Source of the DNA: an uncultured Actinomycetota bacterium
GTDB lineage: Bacteria; Actinomycetota; Actinomycetes; Streptosporangiales; Streptosporangiaceae
Direction: 5' to 3'
NCBI GenBank assembly: GCA_963774385.1
Contig: CAVZEQ010000006.1
Coordinates: forward strand, 226 to 64,225
DNA length: 64,000 bases
The position numbers were made by a program, and so were the translations under genes. Below the pieces are notes generated by a model. It had not been told where the DNA came from and did no database searches. It saw only the letters and a program-made list of their open reading frames with translations. This document shows positions 50,641 to 59,452 of this stretch, one piece after another (the stretch's first letter is position 1; each line of letters opens with the position of its first letter).

Positions 50641-51618
50641 TCAGCTCTGCCCGTCGAACAGGCTGGTGACCGACCCGTCGCTGAACACCTCGCTGATCGC
50701 GCGCGCGATCAGCGGGGCAATCGACAGCACCGTCAGCTTGTCGAATCGCTTCTCGTTCATGATCGGCAGGGTGTTGGTAACGACTACCTCGCTCACCCGC
50801 GAGTTCTTGAGCATGTCCACTGCCTGACCCGAGAGCACGCCATGGGTAGCAGTGACGATCACCTGCGCGGCACCCTGATCGAAAAGGATCTCGGCCGCTT
50901 TCACGATCGTCTGGCCCGTGTCGATCATGTCGTCGACGATGATGCAGGTGCGGCCGGCCACCTCACCGACGACTTCGAGGACCCGGGCCTGGTTGGCGAC
51001 GTCGGGATCGCGCCGCTTGTGGATGATGGCGAGCGGGCAGTCCAGCCGGTCTGTCCAGCGCTCGCAGACCCGCACCCGGCCAGCATCCGGCGCCACCACG
51101 GTCACCTGCGCGACGTCCAGCTTGCCCTCCAGGTAGGAGGCCAGGATCGGCAGCGCGAAAAGATGATCGACCGGGCCGTCGAAGAATCCCTGGATCTGCG
51201 CGGTGTGCAGGTCGACGGCCATCAGCCGGTCGGCGCCCGCGGTCTGGAAGAGGTCCGCCATCAGCCGGGCGGAGATCGGTTCCCGGCCGCGGCTCTTCTT
51301 GTCCTGCCGGGCGTAGCCGAAGAACGGCGCCACCACGGTAATCCGCTTGGCCGACGCGCGCTTGAGCGCGTCCACCATGATGAGCTGCTCCATGATCCAC
51401 TGATTGATCGGCGCGGTGTGGCTCTGCAGCACGAACGCGTCGCAGCCGCGCACTGACTCCAGGAAGCGCACGAAGATCTCGCCGTTGGCGAAGTCGTACG
51501 AGGTGGTCGGCGTCGGCTCGATGCCGAGGCAGCCGGCGATCTCCTGGCCGAGCTCGGGATAGCCGCGGCCCGAGAAGAGCATCATCTTCTTCTCGCCCGA
51601 CGCTTTAATGCCGGTCAC
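50641..51618 (-). CDS. prs: ribose-phosphate diphosphokinase
   Basis: The GTG at 51618 (VTGIKASGEKKMMLFSG) has AAGGAGAG upstream. Motifs DLHTAQIQGFF and IVDDMIDTGQT. Confidence 0.93.
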   Translation of the reverse strand: MTGIKASGEKKMMLFSGRGYPELGQEIAGCLGIEPTPTTSYDFANGEIFVRFLESVRGCDAFVLQSHTAPINQWIMEQLIMVDALKRASAKRITVVAPFFGYARQDKKSRGREPISARLMADLFQTAGADRLMAVDLHTAQIQGFFDGPVDHLFALPILASYLEGKLDVAQVTVVAPDAGRVRVCERWTDRLDCPLAIIHKRRDPDVANQARVLEVVGEVAGRTCIIVDDMIDTGQTIVKAAEILFDQGAAQVIVTATHGVLSGQAVDMLKNSRVSEVVVTNTLPIMNEKRFDKLTVLSIAPLIARAISEVFSDGSVTSLFDGQS

Positions 51619-51623
51619 CCTGG

Positions 51624-52745
51624 TCAACTCTCCTTGGATTGCCACGTGCTTGAACTGCCCTGCCGTGGCGGGTGACCGTACTGGCTGCCTCGTTCCCCGC
51701 CGTTATCCGGAGCCAGCCCGGGCGTCAGGTGCGCGAACGGGCCGACGGTTGCGCCCGGCTCTATTACCGCCGCTTCGCAGACCGCCTGCAGGATCGTGGC
51801 GCAGGCCCCGACCAGGGTGTCCCGCAGCAGGCAGCCGGGTCCGACGCTGGCACCAGCCCCGATGGCGGTCTTGCCCTCCAGCTGGGTACCGGGCCCGATC
51901 CGGGCGCCAGGCTCGATGCGCACGTCGACGTCGACCCAGGTAGTTGCCGGGTCCACGATCGTGACCCCGTCGGCCATCCAGCGGGCCAGCAGCCGCTCGT
52001 TGAGTACCCGCCTGGCCCGAGCGAGCTGTTCTTGATTGTTCACGCCCTGGATCTCGTCGAAATCCGGGCAGAACTCGCTGGCGACCAGATGCCCGTCGGC
52101 ACGCAGGATGGCGGGTACCTCGGTCAGGTACTCCTCACCGGTGGCTCTGGCCGCGGGCACGCGCTTGACGGCATCGGCGAGCAGGTTGCCGTCGAACGCG
52201 AACATGCCCGAGCTGATCTCGGTGACGGCCCGCTGCTCCTCGGTAGCGTCGGCCTCCTCCACGATGCCTGACACCAGGCCCGCCTCGTCACGCAGTATCC
52301 GCCCGTAGCCCGTCGGATCTGGCGCCTCCGCGGTCAGCACGGTTACTGCCGCGCCCGTCGTCTCGTGCTCGGCTGCCAGGCTGATCAGCGTCTGACCGCG
52401 CAGCATCGGGGTGTCGGAGAACAGCACCACGACGGTGCCGGGAATGACGCCGACGGACTCGATGACGGTGCGAACGGCATGTCCGGTCCCCCAGGATCCG
52501 TTGCGTTCCTGTACGACCAGCGTGGCATCCGGGCAGTGCTCGCGCGCATAGCCGGCGACCTGGCCATCGGCGTCACTGACCACCAGCAGGAGCCGTCGTG
52601 GCGAGAGTTCCCGCGCGGCCGCGACCACATGGCCGAGCATGGCCCGGCCACACACCTCGTTCAGCATCTTGGGGGTGGACGTCCGCATTCGGGTGCCCTC
52701 GCCAGCCGCGAGGATAATGACGGTGACCGGGCCGCTTGCAGTCAC
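51624..52745 (-). CDS. glmU: GlmU homologue: uridyltransferase domain plus only the first part of the LbetaH acetyltransferase domain (C-terminally truncated)
   Basis: 373 aa. LAAGEGTRM...PKMLNEV and WGTGHAV belong to the N-terminal domain. The hexapeptide repeats run only up to GPFAHLTPG, followed by a 31-aa unrelated tail. The stop lies 5 nt before the prs start. Confidence 0.8.
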   Translation of the reverse strand: MTASGPVTVIILAAGEGTRMRTSTPKMLNEVCGRAMLGHVVAAARELSPRRLLLVVSDADGQVAGYAREHCPDATLVVQERNGSWGTGHAVRTVIESVGVIPGTVVVLFSDTPMLRGQTLISLAAEHETTGAAVTVLTAEAPDPTGYGRILRDEAGLVSGIVEEADATEEQRAVTEISSGMFAFDGNLLADAVKRVPAARATGEEYLTEVPAILRADGHLVASEFCPDFDEIQGVNNQEQLARARRVLNERLLARWMADGVTIVDPATTWVDVDVRIEPGARIGPGTQLEGKTAIGAGASVGPGCLLRDTLVGACATILQAVCEAAVIEPGATVGPFAHLTPGLAPDNGGERGSQYGHPPRQGSSSTWQSKES

Positions 52746-53081
52746 TCGGCTTAGCTCCTCCGTGTCGCTGCAGGGTTGGCCGGTGCGGGCAACAGCAGCA
52801 CAGGCAAGATGTCATTCTCCCGACGTTCGCAGGATACCGGCCGTTTACCCGCGTTAGGCCGCCGTAGGCGGCCGTTAACTCCCGCGCGCTGCTTGGTCCG
52901 ATCGTCCCACAATGCAGCTAGCCCTGACCGGCCGCCCTGGGCTCTGCGGCCGGGCGCCGATTCTGCGCGCGGCTGCTGCGCCCGCACCGAGCCAGCGCGG
53001 TAGGCGTGACCGCGGAGAGTGCGGCTCTGACCCGCATCTGCTGGCTGGGATCCCGGTAGTCTTTCATCCGAGCTTCGCCCT

Positions 53082-53154
53082 TCCCGCGTCGTCTAACTCG
53101 GCAGGACATCCGGTTTTGGTCCGGACAATTGAGGTTCAAATCCTCACGCGGGAG
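53082..53154 (+). tRNA. tRNA-Gln (anticodon UUG)
   Basis: Hand-folded cloverleaf of 73 nt. Acceptor stem TCCCGCG/CGCGGGA; D stem GTCT/GGAC; anticodon stem TCCGG/CCGGA with loop TTTTGGT; T arm TGAGG-TTCAAAT-CCTCA; discriminator G. CCA is not fully encoded. Confidence 0.85.
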
Positions 53155-53251
53155 CACATCGCACTTAGCGCGTATTCGTCGGCCTCAGCCGGCACCGCCC
53201 GAGCGCCGCGACGGGCTCTGTGCGCGTGATTGCACCGGGTACCGTGGTCGT

Positions 53252-53340
53252 AACTAGCCGTTACTAGTTCATGGCACCGCCGCGAAATATTCGCTTGCCA
53301 GTTGTACAACTTACGGTCACGTAGGTTACGGTTACGTAAG
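53252..53340 (+). promoter_or_regulatory. A/T-rich repeat-dense region upstream of the desaturase gene (candidate TetR operator/promoter)
   Basis: Contains AACTAG-N6-CTAGTT (53252-69), the palindrome GTTGTACAAC (53301-10), tandem GGTTAC GGTTAC (53324-35), the palindrome TTACGTAA (53332-39), and three TTACG(G/T) copies. Confidence 0.45.
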
Positions 53341-53423
53341 CGTATTCTGCATCGGCCCTTGCCCACGGTATGTGCGGAGCGACGAACTCACAATCCACCG
53401 GTCTGAGTGTTAGGCGAGGATCC

Positions 53424-54479
53424 ATGAGCACTGCCACTGACACCACCAGCACCACTGAGCCGCGGCCAGCTCCAGCTGGTCCGAAGACACCGCTCAGCGA
53501 TCTTCAGGCCGAACCGAAGGGCGCTGGCGAGAAGGTACTCGTCGGCATTTTCGTGGCCGTCCCCATGCTCGCACTGATAGCGGCGATACCGCTGGCCTGG
53601 GGCTGGGGCCTCGGCTGGCATGACGTCATCATCGCCGTCAGCTTCTACCTGGTCACTGGCCTCGGCATCGCCATGGGCTTTCACCGCTACTTCACTCACA
53701 GCTCATTCAAGGCGGTCACCGGCCTTCGGGTGGCGCTGGCCATCGCCGGATCCCTGGCGATCGAAGGACCCGTGCTGACCTGGGTGGCCGACCACCGGCG
53801 GCACCACAAGTACAGCGACAAGGAAGGCGACCCGCACTCGCCCTGGCGGTTCGGCGACGACTGGAAGGCGCTCAGCAAGGGCCTGGCATGGGCGCACATA
53901 GGCTGGCTCTTTGACGGTAACCACACCTCACGGGAGAAGTTCTGCCCGGACCTGCTGGCTGACAAGAAGATCGCCCGGATCTCCCGCGGCTTCCCTGTCC
54001 TGGTGGCAGTCTCGCTGCTGGCGCCGGCCCTGATCGGCGGACTGTGGTCCTGGTCATGGCAAGGCGCGGTCACCGCGTTCTTCTGGGGCAGCCTTGTCCG
54101 CGTCGCCTTCCTGCACCACGTGACCTGGTCGATCAACTCCATCTGCCACACCTTCGGCAAGGAGGAGTTCGAGGTACGGGACAAGTCGCGCAACGTGAAC
54201 TGGCTGGCGGTGCTGTCCTTCGGTGAGTCCTGGCACAACCTGCATCACTCCGACCCGACCTGCGCCCGGCACGGCGCACTGCGCGGCCAGATTGACATCG
54301 CGGCGCGGATGATCTGGTGCTGCGAGAAGCTCGGCTGGGCTTATGACGTCAGGTGGCCGGACGAGGCCAGGCTGACCGCCAAGCGCACCGGCACCAGGCG
54401 GCTCGGCTCGATGACCCGGAGGGCTGCTCCGGATCCGATTGGCCCTCCGGGAGCTAATGCCACCATGATGGAGCAGTGA
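53424..54479 (+). CDS. membrane acyl-CoA/fatty-acid desaturase
   Basis: ATG at 53424. Histidine boxes HRYFTH, HRRHHKYSD and HNLHH. Confidence 0.9.
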   Translation: MSTATDTTSTTEPRPAPAGPKTPLSDLQAEPKGAGEKVLVGIFVAVPMLALIAAIPLAWGWGLGWHDVIIAVSFYLVTGLGIAMGFHRYFTHSSFKAVTGLRVALAIAGSLAIEGPVLTWVADHRRHHKYSDKEGDPHSPWRFGDDWKALSKGLAWAHIGWLFDGNHTSREKFCPDLLADKKIARISRGFPVLVAVSLLAPALIGGLWSWSWQGAVTAFFWGSLVRVAFLHHVTWSINSICHTFGKEEFEVRDKSRNVNWLAVLSFGESWHNLHHSDPTCARHGALRGQIDIAARMIWCCEKLGWAYDVRWPDEARLTAKRTGTRRLGSMTRRAAPDPIGPPGANATMMEQ

Positions 54480-55132
54480 CAAGTCCATCTTCCGCAGGCA
54501 GCCGTAAGCGCATGACCGGCAAGGAACGCCGGGAGCAGCTCCTGGACATAGGTCGGCGGCTATTCGCCGAGCGGGGCCTGGACGGCACTTCCATCGAGGA
54601 AATCGCCGCCCAGGCCGGGGTGTCCAAGCCGGTTGTGTACGAGCACTTCGGCGGCAAGGAAGGCCTGTACGCAGTCGTCGTGGACCGGGAGGTCGAGCGC
54701 TTCCTGACGATGGCGACCGGGCTGCTCGAGGGCGAGGACACCATGGCCAAGTTCGAAGTGGCCGCGGTGCAACTGCTGCGGTACATCCAGGAGAACTCCG
54801 ACGGCTTCCGCATCCTGGTCCGTGATTCGAATCCAACGTCCGGCTCCGGGACCTTCGCGAGCCTGATCAGCGACGTCGCTAGCCAGGTTGAGTACATTCT
54901 TGGCGACGTGCTCAAGGCCAGGGGCTATGACCCCAAACTCGCTCCGGTGTATGCGCAGATGCTGGTCGGCATGGTGGCCTCGGCCGGGCAGTGGTGGCTG
55001 GATGCCCGCAAGCCAAAGCTGGAGGAGATGGCCGCGCACCTGGTGAACCTGGCCTGGAACGGGCTGCGCGAGCTGGACCCCAAGCCGCGGATATCGGCCG
55101 AGGCAGTCGAGCGGCTGCGCCAGGGCGGCTAG
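54476..55132 (+). CDS. TetR/AcrR family transcriptional regulator
   Basis: The start overlaps the desaturase stop by 4 nt. The HTH is RREQLLDIGRRLFAERGLDGTSIEEIAAQAGVSKPVVYEHF. Confidence 0.9.
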   Translation: MTSPSSAGSRKRMTGKERREQLLDIGRRLFAERGLDGTSIEEIAAQAGVSKPVVYEHFGGKEGLYAVVVDREVERFLTMATGLLEGEDTMAKFEVAAVQLLRYIQENSDGFRILVRDSNPTSGSGTFASLISDVASQVEYILGDVLKARGYDPKLAPVYAQMLVGMVASAGQWWLDARKPKLEEMAAHLVNLAWNGLRELDPKPRISAEAVERLRQGG

Positions 55133-55173
55133 CCGCGATTCGCGCCCGGCTGGCCGCTGGCGCCACCCGGCCG

Positions 55174-55962
55174 CTAAGGCTTGTGCGCGACTACGAAGAC
55201 GCGCCGGAACGGTAGCACCGTGCCGTACGACGCGGCTGGATACGCGGTCCGCGCCCTGGCCCCGTAAGCGGCGAGGAACTCCGCCGCATCTGCCGGGGTC
55301 AGTCTGCTGAGCACCGGCCGCAGGCCGGTGCCCTTGTACCACTCCGTCACCGGGTCGGGCCCGGCGAGCACATGCAGGTAGGTCGTCTCCCAGGCGTCCA
55401 CCTCGAGCCCGTGGCCTGCCAGCAGATCGACATACCGACCGGGGTCTGCCGCCTGCCGGTTGAGCTGCACGTCGGCAAGCTCGTCCCGCCACCTCTCCGA
55501 GCTGGCCAGCTCCCGCAGGATGGCATGGCTCGGCTGGTCGAAGTTGCCGGGCAGCTGGAAGGCAAGCCAGCCAGCCGGCGCGAGGTCGCCGGCCCAGCGC
55601 GGGAGCAACTCCAGATGGCCGGGCACCCACTGCAGCACAGCGTTCGAGACGATGACGTCGGCTGGCCGGTCCGGCTGCCAGTCAGCGACGTCGCCGAGCC
55701 GGAATGCCAGCTGCCCGGCGCTGCCAGCGGCGGCCCGGTCCGTCAGCAGCCTGCCTGCTGACTCGATCATCTCCGCGGACGAGTCGATGCCAGCCACCTC
55801 GGCGTCCGGCCACCGGTCGGCCAGCGTGGCAGTGAGCTGTCCGGGCCCGCAGCCCAGGTCAACGACGTAGCCAGGAGCCTCCGCGCGAATCCTGGCCACC
55901 AGATCGAAGAACGGCCGTGACCGCTGATCCGCGAAATTCAGGTACTGAACCGGGTCCCACAT
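55174..55962 (-). CDS. tam: trans-aconitate 2-methyltransferase
   Basis: 262 aa. MWDPVQYLNFADQRSRPFFDLVARI and VVDLGCGPGQLT. Confidence 0.87.
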   Translation of the reverse strand: MWDPVQYLNFADQRSRPFFDLVARIRAEAPGYVVDLGCGPGQLTATLADRWPDAEVAGIDSSAEMIESAGRLLTDRAAAGSAGQLAFRLGDVADWQPDRPADVIVSNAVLQWVPGHLELLPRWAGDLAPAGWLAFQLPGNFDQPSHAILRELASSERWRDELADVQLNRQAADPGRYVDLLAGHGLEVDAWETTYLHVLAGPDPVTEWYKGTGLRPVLSRLTPADAAEFLAAYGARARTAYPAASYGTVLPFRRVFVVAHKP

Positions 55963-56005
55963 ACATGTCCTCAGGTAATTCTCTCGACATCAAGATAACT
56001 ACATC

Positions 56006-56599
56006 ATGAATACCGTGACTGAAGTCTCGATGTCAAGAGATATGCTCGCGGCTATGGCGCCACCGATCCAGCCAGAGAGCGACGAGGTCGACGACATCGT
56101 GCTGCGCTGGCAGGCCGAGCGCCCTGACCTCGACGTCACGCCGCTGCAGGTGCTCAGCCGGATCTCCCGGCTGGCCCGGCACCTCGACCGTGCCAGGCGC
56201 GCGGCCTTCGCAGCGCATGGCCTTGAGCCATGGGAATTCGATGTCCTGTCGGCACTGCGCCGCCAGGGACCGCCGTATCAGCTCAGCCCCGGCGCACTGT
56301 TGCGCGCCACCCTGGTCACCTCGGGCACCATGACCAACCGGATAGACCGGCTCGCCGCGGCGAGGCTGGTCAGGCGTCAGCGCGACAGCCAGGACAGGCG
56401 CGGCGTCCTGGTTCAGCTCTCCGGTAGCGGGCTGCGCACCGTCGACGGTGCCATGTCCGCGCTGCTGGCACAGGAGCGCGCATTGCTTACCCGACTCGAC
56501 GCTGGCCAGCAGCACGAGCTAGCCGGGCTGCTGCGGACCTTGCTGGCCCCCTATGACGCGGCCGAGCCAGCCGACGGCCGGGCCGATCAGGCGGGCTAG
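56006..56599 (+). CDS. MarR family transcriptional regulator
   Basis: Winged helix: LSPGALLRATLVTSGTMTNRIDRLAAARLVRRQRDSQDRRGVLV. Divergent from tam. The start may lie a few codons downstream. Confidence 0.85.
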   Translation: MNTVTEVSMSRDMLAAMAPPIQPESDEVDDIVLRWQAERPDLDVTPLQVLSRISRLARHLDRARRAAFAAHGLEPWEFDVLSALRRQGPPYQLSPGALLRATLVTSGTMTNRIDRLAAARLVRRQRDSQDRRGVLVQLSGSGLRTVDGAMSALLAQERALLTRLDAGQQHELAGLLRTLLAPYDAAEPADGRADQAG

Positions 56600-58422
56600 C
56601 CGAGCTGCTCGGCGACCTCCAGCCAGCGATCCTCCAGGCCGGCCCGTTCGAGCTCGACCGACCGCAGCTGCGCGCCGAGTTCCAGCAGCCTGGCGTAGTC
56701 ACTACCACTGTCCGCTAGCTCGCTGGCCAGGCGCGCCTCCGCGTCGGCCAGCCGGGCAATCTGCCGCTCGAGTCTGGCCAGCTCCTTCTGGCCAGCGCGC
56801 AGCTGCGCTGCGGTGGGACCGGCCGCGCCGGCGCCATCGACCGGCTGGCCCGCCGAAAGCTGGCCCGCCCGCAGCTGGCCCGCCAGTGGCTGATCTGCCG
56901 ATGGCAGGCTGATCGCCTGTGCTCGGCGGCTCAGGTACTCATCGACCCCGCCCGGCAGGTAGGCGAGTTTGCCGCCGATGAGCCCTAGCACATGGTCGGT
57001 CACCCGCTCGAGGAAGTACCTGTCGTGGCTGACCACCACCACGGACCCGGGAAAGCCATCCAGCAAGTCCTCAAGCTCCGTGAGGGTCTCGATGTCCAGG
57101 TCATTGGTCGGCTCGTCGAGCAGCAGCACATTCGGCTCGGCCAGCAGCATCAGGAGCAGCTGAAGGCGCCGCCGCTCGCCGCCGGACAGCTCGCCAACTC
57201 GGGTCCACTGCCGGTCACCGCGCAGCCCGAGCCTGTCGAGCAGCTGGCTGACCGAGATCTCGCGCTTACCGATCACCGCGGCGCCGCGGATCTGCTCCGC
57301 CGCCTCCAGGACCCGCAGATCCTCAGGTACCGGCACCGGTTCCTGGGTGAGGTAGCCGAGCTGCACGGTGCTGCCCGTCGTCAGCTCTCCGCTGACCTGC
57401 ACTGCGCCGTTCGACGACGGCACCGCTACGATCCCGGACAGCAGCCGCAGCAAGGTTGTCTTGCCGGTGCCGTTGACGCCCACGATGCCCACCCGGTCAC
57501 CCGGCCCGAGCTGCCAGCTGACGTCGTCCAGCAACGTGCGTCCGGCCGCGGCGACGGTCACGTCCGTGAGGTCGATGACGGTCTTGCCCAGCCGCGCGGC
57601 GGCCAGCCGCGACAGCTCCACGCCGTCGCGCGGCGGCGGCTCGTCTGCGATCAGGGCGGACGCGGCCTCGATCCGGAACTTCGGCTTGCTGGTCCGGGCC
57701 GGCGGCCCACGGCGCAGCCAGGCTAGTTCCTTGCGAAGCAGGTTCCGGCGCCGCTGGTCGATCGCCGCGGCCAGCCGGGCGCGCTCGGCCCTGGCGAGCA
57801 CGTAAGCGGAATATCCGCCGTCATAGGTGTGCAGCTGACCGTCGGCGAGCTCCCAGGTCTGCTCCGTCACCGCATCCAGGAACCAGCGGTCGTGGGTAAC
57901 GACCACATAGCTGATGGCGAACTCGCGCAGGTAGCCGGCCAGCCAGGTGATCGCCTCGATGTCGAGGTGGTTCGTCGGCTCATCCAGCAGCAGCAGGTCA
58001 TAACTGCGTCGCAGCAGCGCGGCCAGGGCAGTCCGGCGGCGCTCGCCGCCCGACAGCATCCGGACGTCCGCCGTCACGTCCAGTCCGCCCAGCAGGGCCT
58101 CGATAACCGCCCGGCTGCGCGGCTCGGCCGCCCACTCGTGCTCGGCCAGCGAGCCGAAGACGACCTCAGCGACCGAGCCGGCCAGCTGCTCGGCCTGCGG
58201 CAGGTAGCCGATCGTGACATCCCTGGCGCGGGTAGTGCGGCCGGAGTCTAGCTCGGCAGTGCCAGCGAGGGCGGCAAGCAGCGTGGTCTTGCCGGCCCCG
58301 TTCCGGCCTACCACGCCGATCCGCTGGCCCGCTGAGACGCCCAGCGATAGCCGGTCCAGCAAGATCCGCTCGTGATAAGCCTTAGCTGCCTGCTCAAGGT
58401 TGACGAGGTTCGTGCCGGTCAC
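56596..58422 (-). CDS. ABC-F family ATPase (two ABC cassettes, no membrane domain)
   Basis: Walker A motifs GRNGAGKTT and GVNGTGKTT; signature LSGGERRR occurs twice; coiled-coil C-terminus. Confidence 0.9.
   Translation of the reverse strand: MTGTNLVNLEQAAKAYHERILLDRLSLGVSAGQRIGVVGRNGAGKTTLLAALAGTAELDSGRTTRARDVTIGYLPQAEQLAGSVAEVVFGSLAEHEWAAEPRSRAVIEALLGGLDVTADVRMLSGGERRRTALAALLRRSYDLLLLDEPTNHLDIEAITWLAGYLREFAISYVVVTHDRWFLDAVTEQTWELADGQLHTYDGGYSAYVLARAERARLAAAIDQRRRNLLRKELAWLRRGPPARTSKPKFRIEAASALIADEPPPRDGVELSRLAAARLGKTVIDLTDVTVAAAGRTLLDDVSWQLGPGDRVGIVGVNGTGKTTLLRLLSGIVAVPSSNGAVQVSGELTTGSTVQLGYLTQEPVPVPEDLRVLEAAEQIRGAAVIGKREISVSQLLDRLGLRGDRQWTRVGELSGGERRRLQLLLMLLAEPNVLLLDEPTNDLDIETLTELEDLLDGFPGSVVVVSHDRYFLERVTDHVLGLIGGKLAYLPGGVDEYLSRRAQAISLPSADQPLAGQLRAGQLSAGQPVDGAGAAGPTAAQLRAGQKELARLERQIARLADAEARLASELADSGSDYARLLELGAQLRSVELERAGLEDRWLEVAEQLG
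56844..56888. repeat. tandem 15-nt repeat (3 copies plus a degenerate fourth) in the ABC-F 3' region
   Basis: GCTGGCCCGCC followed by 4 variable nt, repeated three times. It encodes xAGQL pentapeptide repeats. Confidence 0.75.
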
Positions 58423-59378
58423 GAGATAGCGCCTGCTCTGACCACGGAGGCTCCGGCCGCCGGGCCGCTGGCCCGCACCACCGCCCGGCAGGCGCCCGAG
58501 CTGGTCAGCGCCACCGCGATGTCCCGTGCGTGCGCCGCGCTCTTCGCGAGGAAGGCGCAGGTGGGCCCGGAACCGGACACGATGGCGCCGAGCGCACCGT
58601 GATCGCGGCCCTCGGCCAGCGCCCTGCGCAGCTCCGGCTGCATCGACAGGGCGGCCGGCTGAAGATCATTGGACAGTTGCGGGCCGACCTTAGCGGGATC
58701 GCCGGACCGGAGCGCCGTCATCAGCGGCGCACTGAGTTCTGGCTCGGCCTGCGCCGGCAAGCCGCTCGCCGCGGCGCGGGCGCGCAACCGGTCGCAGGTC
58801 GCGTAGACCTGCGCGGTTGACAGGCCAGCGTGGCCAAACGCCAGCGCCCAGTGATAGCTGCCGGCCGCCAGCGCCGCTGTCAGCACTTCGCCGCGGCCGC
58901 GCCCGACCGCGATCCCGCCCGCCACGGCGAACGGAACGTCGCTGCCTAGGCCCGCGCCCAGCTCGCACAGGTCGGCTTGCGACAACCCGGTCTGCCAGAG
59001 CTCGTTGCAGGCCACCAGGGTTGCGGCCGCATCTGCGCTGCCGCCGGCCAGCCCGGCTGCGACTGGGATCCGCTTGCGGATCTCGATCTGCACACCCGCG
59101 TCTGGCACGCTCGCCGCAGCCGCCAGGACACTGGCGGCCTGCCAGGCGAGGTTGGACTCATCGGCCGGCACCAGGGCCGCGTCCTCGCCCGCGATCGCGA
59201 TCGATGTCTGCCGGGCTGGCCGAACGGTGACCTCGTCCAGTAGTGACACAGCGTGAAACACAGTGACCAGGCTGTGATAGCCGTCGGGTCTGGCTGGCCC
59301 GACCGCGAGCTGCAGGTTGATCTTGGCCGGCGCGGTGACGGTGACGGCGGCGGGAGCCGGCCTGATTACGGAGATCAC
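58419..59378 (-). CDS. ispE: 4-(cytidine 5'-diphospho)-2-C-methyl-D-erythritol kinase
   Basis: GTG at 59378. Motifs APAKINLQLAV and the GHMP motif IPVAAGLAGGSADAAA. The listed 476-aa ORF is an Arg/Gly-rich upstream extension that overlaps rsmA. Confidence 0.9.
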   Translation of the reverse strand: MISVIRPAPAAVTVTAPAKINLQLAVGPARPDGYHSLVTVFHAVSLLDEVTVRPARQTSIAIAGEDAALVPADESNLAWQAASVLAAAASVPDAGVQIEIRKRIPVAAGLAGGSADAAATLVACNELWQTGLSQADLCELGAGLGSDVPFAVAGGIAVGRGRGEVLTAALAAGSYHWALAFGHAGLSTAQVYATCDRLRARAAASGLPAQAEPELSAPLMTALRSGDPAKVGPQLSNDLQPAALSMQPELRRALAEGRDHGALGAIVSGSGPTCAFLAKSAAHARDIAVALTSSGACRAVVRASGPAAGASVVRAGAIS

Positions 59379-59452
59379 GACGTGATGATCGTATCCGGAT
59401 CCAGCGCTCACCCTCTGCGTCCGCCCTCGATAGCACTCCTTCGATGGCCGCC

